Positions 11,419 to 20,576 of a stretch of 64,000 bases of DNA are shown here, one piece after another. The notes beneath the pieces were generated by a model that ran no database searches, was not told where the DNA came from, and worked only from the letters and a program-made list of their open reading frames with translations. Within the stretch, counting starts at the first letter, position 1. Every line of letters starts with the position of its first letter. Source of the stretch: Scenedesmus sp. PABB004. Lineage: Eukaryota. A program made the translations under genes and the position numbers. The stretch is taken from assembly GCA_014905635.1 (NCBI GenBank), contig JABVCE010000011.1, positions 62,001 through 126,000 on the forward strand. The letters run 5' to 3'.

Positions 11419-11802
11419 CACTGCAATTGACGGCTGCGGAGGAGCGATTCTTTGCAGCTGATATATGCAAACTCTCAAACTCCCAAACCCCACCAAATGC
11501 CGCTATATCGGACAGATTTAAGCTAAATTTTGTCCCTCAGACCCGCCAGGCGTTCCGAAGTGGGACGCTCAACCAACAACAACCAACAAGATCGAGACTA
11601 GCGGGCGGCGTGCATGTGGGTTTGCTGGTGAGTTGCGCGCGCCTGGGCCGCGCCATGCTCGCTGCACGCCCTGCGCCGGCTTGCCAGCATGCGATCCCGT
11701 CTGCGGGCTGCTCGGTTGGTCGCACTTGGAGGACACTGACACGTGCGGTGGCGGGGAGGGAGTTGGTCAGGCCCGCCAGGCGTTCCTAAGTGGGACGCTC
11801 GA

Positions 11803-12005
11803 CCGCCCGGAGCGTACCGGGCCCCGCCGTGTAACCAACAACAACAACAACAACCCGTGTAACCAACAACAACAACCCGGAGCGTACCGGGCCCCGCCGT
11901 GTAACCAACAACAACCAACCGCCCGGAGCGTACCGGGCCCCGCCGTGTAACCAACAACAACAGCCCGGAGCGTACCGGGCCCCGCCGTGTAACCAACAAC
12001 AACAA
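11803..12005 (+). repeat. Head-to-tail array of ~40-nt retroelement 3' ends (4 full, 1 partial)
   Basis: CCCGGAGCGTACCGGGCCCCGCCGTGTAACC followed by (AAC)n of variable length. Confidence 0.9.
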
Positions 12006-12179
12006 GCCCGCGCGCTGCCCCCGGCCGCGGGGCAGCAGCCGGCGGCGGCCCAGCCGGTCCCGGCGGCGGCCGCGCCGGACCCGGCGGCTGCCGTGGCGGC
12101 AGCCGCGGCGGCGGCTCCGCGGCTGCAGCAGCCGCGCTGGCCGGCCTGGACGGGGCCGCCGTCGACGCCGCGCCTCCCC

Positions 12180-12510
12180 CGGGAGCTGGCCCTCACCGCG
12201 TCGGTCAGGATCGCCCTGCGCAAGCTGTGGCGGCTGCGCTGGGACAACGCGGTGAAGGAGGTGTACTGGCGGCTCGCGCTCAACGGTCTCGCGACCGCTG
12301 AGCGCATGTCCCAGCCCGAGGTTATCTGCCTCTGCGGCGTCGCCTGCCCCGGCCGCGCACACCACTTCTGGAAGTGCCCCATTGCGCAGGCAGTGGTGTG
12401 AGCCATGCTCGACTCGCTGCCCGCCGAGTGGTGCGCGCGCCCAGCCGATGGTGCGCCGCGCCTGCGCCGCGAGCACGTCCAGCTCATGATCGCGCCGCCG
12501 CCGGCAGCGC
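12180..12510 (+). mobile_element. zf-RVT (zinc-binding, post-RT) fragment of L1-like ORF2, with in-frame stop
   Basis: LWRLRWDNAVKEVYWRLALNGLATAERM...CLCG...HHFWKCPIAQAVV, then TGA at 12399, then LRREHVQL. Confidence 0.8.
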
Positions 12511-13306
12511 GGCGCGCCGGCGCACGGCGTGCCTGGCCGGTGGAGAGAGGAAGGGCGGAGATCGGAGGAGCGACGGCGGTAGGTGGGCGGGGCACGGTCG
12601 CAGCGGGCGGCGCAGCGCGGCCGCGCTCGCGCGCGCGCGGGCTGCCGCAGCTTCTTCGGCAGGCAGCGTGGGCCGCGGCGGCAGCGACGACAGCGTCATG
12701 TGTCTGACGGAAAGCCCAGCAGGGCTGACTGCGCACTGCCGGAGGAAGCCATCGCACCGCCGCAGAAGGGGTCGCAGCAGCAGCGAACGGCGCCGCGCCG
12801 CCGCCGTCGCCGCGCCGGTCGCTGTCAGCCCTGCGCGAGTTCGTCCGGCTGCCGGGAGCTCTGGCGACCTCAGCGCCGCGTGCGACTGCCTCAGGGGCAC
12901 TGCTGATGCCGCCGGCCGCGGTCGCCGCCGCCATGCTGGCCATCCACCGCGGCTGCTGCCGCGGCGCGCCGGCCGCGGGCGGCCGCTTGCCGCTCCCAGG
13001 CCTTTGCAGGTCAAGGTCGTCCGATCGTAGGCGGGCTTGGATGTTCGAGCATGATGCCGAGCAGGAGTGAGGAGGAACGGCATGTGAAGCCTCCGGGAAG
13101 GGAGCGCGTGGCACAAAGAGCGCATAAATGAGGCCTTCGTTCCCGTTCTGCACGGCTCATAGGCCGGGCGTGCGCCGGGGAGGGGCAACAGGCGTCCCGG
13201 CGCTCGGCGCAGAACGGCGGCCCGCCTGCCCACTCGATACTCCACTCGATACCCGCCCTACCGCGCTTTCGACGCCGTCGTCGCCGGCCCGCCTGCCCTG
13301 CCGAAC

Positions 13307-16300
13307 ATGCGTCGCATGAACGCCGCCGCCGCCCTCGCCGCCGCCCTCGTGCTGGCCACGCTGAGCGCCACGCTGCGCCCCGCCACGGCGGGGCCCTGCG
13401 CCGACGCCCCCAAGGACTCCGCCGCGCAGTATGCGTGCCGCCCCTGGAGTTTCATCTACGACTCGTCCAACGTGCGTCGCGGGGAGGGCGGCGCGCGGCG
13501 CGCGCGGCCGGCATGCACGCGGCGCCCGGCAGGTTTGGCGGCGGCGGTTGCGCAGCCGGCTCACCCCCACTCACCCCCGCCTGCGCCCAACCACCCCCCA
13601 ACCACGGCAGTGGGACTCGTCGAGGCTCAACCTGACCGCCGTGTACGCGGCCCGCGATCGCGCGTGCGGCGGCAACGCCACCGCGGGGGAGTGCGACGCC
13701 CTCGACGCCCTGGCGTCCCACATTGTGGGATCGCGCGTGACGGCGGCTGTGTTCACGCAAGGTAGGCTCAGGCTCAGGTAGGGCGGCCCGCCGGCTGGCG
13801 CCGCCGCCGCCGGGTGGCGGGCGGCCAGCGCCGCCGCGCGCACGCGCTGCGCCGCCGCGCGCGGCGGCCGGCGGTGGCAGGCCGACCGCCGCCCGACGCA
13901 GTGCTCGACCCGACGACGCCGCTCAACGTCGTGCTCAGCTACTGGACGCTGCGCGTCTTGAAGGATCTCATGCCCGACGACCTGCAAGCACAGTCCTGGT
14001 GCGCGGGGCGCGCGCGAGGCGTCGGCGCTGGGCGCCGTCAGTGCGGGGAGGGGGAGGGTCTGCATGGCGCCGCGCGCCCACGCCGCGCGCTCGCTCGCTG
14101 CTGCGCCCCTGCCCACTGCCTATGTGTCCCCTCCCGCACCCCCCCCCCTTCTCATGTCTTTGCCCGCAGGCTGGGCTTCAACGAGGTCATCAACATCGCG
14201 TTCAACAGTGAGCGCAGATGGGCAGAGCAGGGGGGGGGGCCTTAGCGGGCGGCTCGCGCGCACGCCGTGCCGTTGCGAGTGGCCTGTCACGGCGACGGCG
14301 GCGGCGGCAGCGGCGATGGCGGCGGCGCGCGCATGCGCGCCCCGCCGAGCGCGCGCGCCGCTGCCCCCGCTGCAGCCAGCGGCTTGACGCGCCTCCCACC
14401 GCCGCTCGCACCCGCCCGCCCACCCACCGCCCACCGTCGCCCGCGACGCACCAGCGTACGGCATGCTGTGCGGCATGCGCGGGACAAACAGCTTCGCTAC
14501 CAAGAGTGAAGCGTTCGAGATTTGGTTGAAGACCTTCCCCATCGCCGGCGGCGTGATGCCGGGGTACAACAGCGTGTGCGGCTTCACCAAGCGCCTGGGC
14601 GACGGCCTGACCCGCCTCAGCAGGTTTGGGCCGCTCAAGTTTTTGAAGGTGCCGGCCGAATTCATGTCCAGGACGTCGACGAGCTTGTGCGCCGGCATGG
14701 GCAACGCCGACTGGCAACAGCAGATGACCGGTATGTGGTGAGCGCGCGGCGGCGGCGGCGGCGGCGGCCGCGCTCGCGCCCGCGCACGCGCCCTGCCTGC
14801 CGCGACGTTGGCTGACCCGCCGCCTCGGCGCGCGCTGGGCGACGCGACGCAACGCGCCCGCCGGCCCTGCCCGCCCGTGCCACCGCAGCAACCAGGACAG
14901 CAGGATGACCAGGGGGGTGATGGCGCTCATCAACTTGAACAGAAGGCGCACGCACTACGAGCCGATCGTCGCCTGGTGGCTCAACGTGTATGTGCCGACG
15001 CTGGCGCGCGCGTCGCAGGCGATCGCCAACGCCGTGGTGCGCACGCAGGTGCAGGACTGGGTCGCCGCGGCCGCCGCCAGCGGGCAACTCGGCGCCAACC
15101 CAGCGCAGCTGATGTACGCAGCCGGCACGCAGCCGCGCCTGTCTCCCTGGGCTGTCTGCATCTTTGACGACAGCAGCACCTTCAAGTGGAACGTCGTCGG
15201 GCCGCGGTCCGACTGCGACAAGGCCGGCTGGGGCAGCCGGCGCCGCCTGCACGGCGACGGCGGCGGCGGCGGCACGGGCGCCGCGGCAGCCGGCGGCACC
15301 GACGACACCATTTGGCTGCGCCTCGATGCGAGCCCGCTCAGCAAGCTGTACACCGCGGTCGGCGGCGCGACCGAGGTCCTCACGTCCCTGCGCGACGTGA
15401 TCGACCCGCCAGTCGCAGCAATCAGGCCGGTCGTCGACGACCTCAAGGCGTTTGGCGGCGCGGTCAAGACGGCGTACGACATCATCATGGCGCCGCTCGT
15501 GCCGATCGCCGCGGCGCTCGAGCCGGCGGTCACCAAGATCTCTGACTTTATCGACGCGATCAAGTGCCCCGCCGACTTTTGCTTCCAGGTGTGCTGGTGG
15601 GCGCCGCGGTGGGGCTGCTGGGGCTGCACCAAGTGCGGCACGGTGTGCCCGCTCAAGTTTGTGTGCAGCCTCGCCGACCTCATCATGAGCGCGCTCGACT
15701 GGGTGGGCGACTTCATCGCCAAGCTCCTCGGCGGCGCCATCGACGTCATATTCAAGCCCCTGCTCGACGCGCTCGGCTGCAAGATGGACGGCCTGAGCCT
15801 GAGCTGCTCCTGGATGAACCTGCCGTCGCTGCCGACCGACGCGCTGGTGCAAAAGGCGGCGGAGCTCGCGCAGCCGTTCACCGACGCGGCCGACCGTTTC
15901 GCGGCGTCCGTCACGGCGCTGCTGGGCGTGCCGCTGCCGGACGACCTGGACCTCACCTCGGACAACGGCAGCGGCAGGTACCTGCGCACCGCGTTTGCCG
16001 ACGGCGCCGACGCCCAGGTCGCGTGCGCCAATGCGAGCTACATGGCGGTCATGACGCAGGCGCAGCGCGTGTTCCAGGGCTGCGCCTTTGACTACACCTC
16101 CCTGCTGCGCTTCCCGTGCGGCAACGCCACGAGCGACGGCGCCGCGTCGCGCTGCACGCTCGGCTACGCGGCCTGGTCGGTGCTGCCGCACAACAACTGC
16201 AACCGCACAGACCTCAACATCGACGCGACTCGCTCGGCCTTCGCGGAGCCGGACGACGGCTCGCCGCCGGTGCCGCTGCGCGGCGTCGACACGCTCTCGC

Positions 16301-16701
16301 TGGTGCGCGCGTGCGCGGGCCTGGGAGAGGGGGGGGGGCAGGAGGCGCAGGCTTGCGATTGGTGCGCGCGCGCGCGTGCACACTCGCCTCGTCGCCCAGC
16401 GCCGCGCCCTGCCCTCCCAAGCCTCCTCCACTTAACCCTCCCGCCCCCGCTCGGCGCCGCCCGCCGCAGACCTACCTGTGCGTCGACCCCACCCGCGTGC
16501 CGCTCGACAGCCTCAGCGGCATCATCATCACGCCCGACAGCTCGCGCCGCCGCCGCCGCCGCCACCTCCTGGGCGTCGACGGCGCCGTCAGCCAGGACGG
16601 GTTCGATGCCTTTGCCGTCGTGCCGGGCGCCAGCGGCGGCCTGAGCCTGCGCGCGTCCCAAGGCGCCGGCCTGGCGGCCGCAGCCGCCGCCGGCGCTCCG
16701 A

Positions 16702-16732
<31 letters not shown>

Positions 16733-18724
16733 GGTGCAGGTGACCGTGCCTGCGCAGGGCCTGACGCTCATGTTCGAGTTCCGTGCCAGTGCCGTGAGCC
16801 TGTCCTGCGCCACCAGCGACGTGTCGCCGCGCGTCACGCACGCCGAGCTGGGCGCCGGGACCAGCACGGCCGACGTCACCAGCGCCGTCGCGCACGCAAC
16901 GTGTGCGTCGGATGGGCCGTGCACGCTGGACGCGTCGCAGCTGGAGGCGCTGCTCGGGTGGTCCACCCCCGACGAGGCGCTGCAGGTCAAGCTGGCGTGC
17001 GTGTGCAACGCCGGCACCGCCAACGTGATGGTGCTGACCAACTCCAGCGCAGCGACGACCCCCGCCGGCTGCGTGCCCTGCCTGGCCGGCGAGTACAAGT
17101 CGCAGGACATGGGCGCCTGCGCGCGCTGGTGAGTGCTGCTGGGCGCGCCGCGCGCGCGCGCCGCGCGCGCGGCGGGCGGCGCTTGCGGCTTGGCCTTGTG
17201 CGCGCAGAGCCTCTCGTCCGCCCCCGACTCACTCGCTGCCACCTCCCGCCCACCCGCGCCCCGCCACCACACAGCCCCGCCGGCTCCGTTTCCGGGGCGC
17301 CGAGCTCGGCCGCGTGCACGCAGTGCTCGCCCGGCTACTTTGCCGCCGTGCAAGGCCAGACCAACTGCACCGCCTGCCCGGCCGGCACCTACCAGCCCGC
17401 CAGCGGCGCCGCCACGTTTGACGCCTGCCTGCCGTGCAGCCCCGTCGAGACGTCGACCGCCGGGTCTGCCCAGTGCACCGCGTGCGACCCCGGAACTGTC
17501 TGGAGCAACGTCACGCAAGGCTGCGCGCCGTGCGCCGGCGGCACGTACCGCGACGCCAACATGACGCAGTGCACGTCGTGCGCGCCCGGCACGTGGGCGG
17601 CGGCCGGCGCCGCGAGCTGCACGCCGTGCGCGCCCGGCACGTACGCGCCCGACGTCGCCGCGGTCGTGTGCGCGCCGTGCCCGGTCGGCGCCTACGCTGA
17701 CGCCGCGGGCGCCACGGTGTGCACGCGGTGCCCCAATCAGACCACCACCGCCGCCCTGGGGTCGGCGCTGCCGTCCGACTGCTCCGACTGCCCGACGTGC
17801 GCGATCGACTGGGCGCGCGTGGCCGAGGTCTTCGACGCGTGCTGGCGCATGGACAACTGCACCGGCATCACGCCGCCGCCCGAGTCCAGCATCCCACGCC
17901 GCCTGCGGCTGCTGCTGCAGGACGCGCCGGCCGCCAACTACACGCTGGCGCCCCCCTGGCTGAGCAAGGCGCTCGACGCGGCGATCGCGGAGCAGCGCCA
18001 GCGCGGCGGCAGCAGCGGCGTCGCGGCGAGCAGCGCCAGCAGCGCCCAAGTCGGCCCAGCTGCTGCCGCTGCTGCGCCCACGCCGGACGCTGCCGTCGGC
18101 ACCACCTCCGCCGCCGCCGCCAGCGCGCCTGCACCTCCTGCCGACGGCGGCGGCGGCGGCGGCGGCGACCAAGGCCCCCCGCCGTGCGCCGTCTGGCTCG
18201 ACGCCATCCGCGGCGCGTCCAGCCTCAACCTCACCATCACCGACGTCGGCAACGGCATCTGCGACAACGGCCCGCTCAACGTTGGGCTCTGCTCGTACGA
18301 CGGCGGCGACTGCTGCGCAGGGACGTGCAGGGCGCCCGACGGCGCCGCTGCCGCCGCCGCCTCCCCGGATGGCAGCAGCGACCTCCCTGCTGACGTGCTC
18401 GTGTGCTCGGCCTCCAAGTTTGCCTGCCTCAACCCGGACGCCAGCATGCCGATGATGACGGCGGCCGCGTACGTCGCGCCGGCCGGCAACTGCCCCGCGC
18501 CCGACACGAGCGCCGGCGACGCCAACACCGCGTGCCCGGTCGCCCCTGGCGACGTGCGCCTCGCCAACGGCCGCTGCGACGGCGACCTGAACACGCTTGC
18601 CTGCGGGTGGGACGGCGGCGACTGCTGCCAGAAGACCTGCAAGCTTAACGACCTCTTCTGGGACTCCTGCCGCGACTTTGACTGCCGCGACCCAGGAGTC
18701 CAATCTAGTGGCTGCGGCCGGTGA
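13307..18724 (+). CDS. Large secreted Cys-rich protein with ephrin-receptor-like (CxxCxxGTY) repeats and two LNR/Notch-like repeats
   Basis: Signal peptide [24 protein letters not shown]; about 8 exons; CTACPAGTY, CAPCAGGTY, CTPCAPGTY repeats; GNGICDNGPLNVGLCSYDGGDCC and ANGRCDGDLNTLACGWDGGDCC; TGTAA at ~18926. Confidence 0.85.
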
Positions 18725-18974
18725 TCTTGTTTTTTGGCCGTCTCATTCGGCCGGCGTACATAGGGGCGCGAGGCGGCAGCGACGGCGTCTTATTGCGACG
18801 GCGGCGACGTTGTGTTATCAGCGCTCAATTTCACATGTATTTGTGTTTGTTTGCGGCGCGTGCCGCCGAATAACGCATTCGTTCTTGCCCTGCCCTGCGT
18901 GGCGCATCCCGACAAACGCCTGCGTGTAACACCAACGACATATGCGTGGGACACACAGGGGCACGAGGTCGGTC

Positions 18975-19330
18975 TGGCCCGACCTGCGTGGCGTGTGGTG
19001 CGCGGTGTGCCTGGCTGCGCTCGCGGCCATGGACAGCGGCCGGCGCGCCGCCAACCACGCGACCCTCGAGGCCAAGAGGGCGGCGGGCGCCCGGGCGGCC
19101 GCGCACGCCCGGCCGAGGCTGCGGGCCAGCGCCTCAGCTCCAGCATGCTGCCCGCCGTGCCACTTCCCGAGGCGCAGCGACAGGCGGCGGCGGCCGAGAG
19201 CCAGCGCGCGCAGCGGCTGCAGCAGGCCCAGCAATCGGCGGTGGCGTCGTTCTGGGCCTGGCTGGCAGACTTTGTTGCGTGCCGCGCTGCCCCCGCTGCC
19301 CGTGGTCTGCGCAGGTCCCTGCGCAGCACC
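18975..19330 (+). mobile_element. Degenerate C-terminal fragment of L1-like ORF2
   Basis: GVWCAVCLAALAAMDSGRR and, in another frame, AVASFWAWLADFVA; motifs recalled as following zf-RVT in chlorophyte L1 elements. Confidence 0.6.
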
Positions 19331-19412
19331 CCTTCCTCTGCACCGTGCCAGACGCCGACCCAACGGCGGCGCCGCGCATCACGCTGCGGCAGGCCGGCGC
19401 ATGAGCAGCGGC

Positions 19413-19520
19413 GCGGCCGCCGCGCGCGGCGGTGGCGCCGCGGCCAAAGGCAGCAGCGCGAGCGCCGCTGGGCCCACGGCCGGCGCCGGGGCGGGGCTGG
19501 CCGCGGCCGCGGCGCTCGCG

Positions 19521-19557
<37 letters not shown>

Positions 19558-19790
19558 TGCTGCGCAAGCGCCCCGCCAGCCGGCGCGGCAGCACCGACGC
19601 GGGCGGCGACGACCAGGCCAGCGGCGCGCCGCCACCGTGGTGGCGCCGCTCGCGGGGGACTGCTGCGCGCCCCGCGGGTGCCTGGCGCAGCCGCCGCTGC
19701 GTGTGCGCTGCCTTCCTGCTGCTCCAGCAGAAGCGTGCCGTGGGCCCTCTCCCGCACCATCATGCCGCCTGCGAGGCCTGTGTTTGCTCC
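19413..19790 (+). pseudogene. Partial duplicate of the U-box gene 3' end and 3' UTR
   Basis: 19413-19648 aligns closely with 8669-8884, with patchy similarity beyond. Stop TAG has become TGG and the CAG run is longer. Confidence 0.88.
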
Positions 19791-20576
19791 TCCTCCGCGG
19801 CGCGCGCCTGCACGCGACGCCGGCGCTGCCGCCGCCGCGCGTCGGCGCCGCCGCGTGGTCTCCTGGTCCAGATCTAGGGCCAGGGTGGCGGCGCGCACGT
19901 CGGGAGTGGCGAGGGGCGGGAGGCGAGGCGCCCTGGAGCCAGGCTGCGGGGCCTCGCGGGCTCAAGGGCCCGCCGAGCCCGCATGACGCCTCCGCAGCGC
20001 CCCGCCCGCCGCCAGTGCGCGTGAGGGGCGCTGTCAGACGTGACCAGCCGTGCAGCGGCCACCGACCGGCGCCCCGCCCACCGCCGCACGCCACCGCGGG
20101 CAGCAGCGCCCGCGCCCGCGCGCCCCGCGGACGCAGCTCTTTGCCAGAGCGCCGCGCCCGGGCGCGCGGCGGTCGGCGAGGCCCCCGCCGCGCCTGGCCG
20201 GCGGAGGCCCGCGCAGCGCAGCGCCTGCGCGGCCCGGGCTCTTGGCCAGGGGGCGCCGCGCGTGCCGGGACACGCCTTGCTCAGCTCCGCGCCCCGCGCC
20301 GGCGCGCCAGCGGGCGCGTGGGTGGTGATGCGCCCTTGGAGGGCCGCCGGCCGCGCCGCGTGAGCCGCGGGCGTGAGCCAGGTGCGCGTGGAGCCCGCGG
20401 CGGCGCCTGATCCGTCGCCTCGCGCAGCGCCGCGCCGGCGCCGGCGCCGGCGCCGCGCCCGGCAGCGGCAGCGGGCCGCGGCGCCGCCGCTCAGCGGCGC
20501 ACCGCCGGCGCGGCGCGCCGCCGCCGACGCCGGCCCCCGCCCTCGCCCGACTCGCCCCCGCCCGCAGCGCGGCGCC

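Noticed and set aside
11511..11522. 12-nt match to the tRNA-Leu anticodon arm
   Set aside because: It is on the opposite strand to the remnant and no cloverleaf forms around it; probably chance.
11803..12005. CRISPR array (short palindromic repeats)
   Set aside because: The spacers are only (AAC)n, there are no cas genes, the context is eukaryotic, and the unit contains a poly(A) signal.
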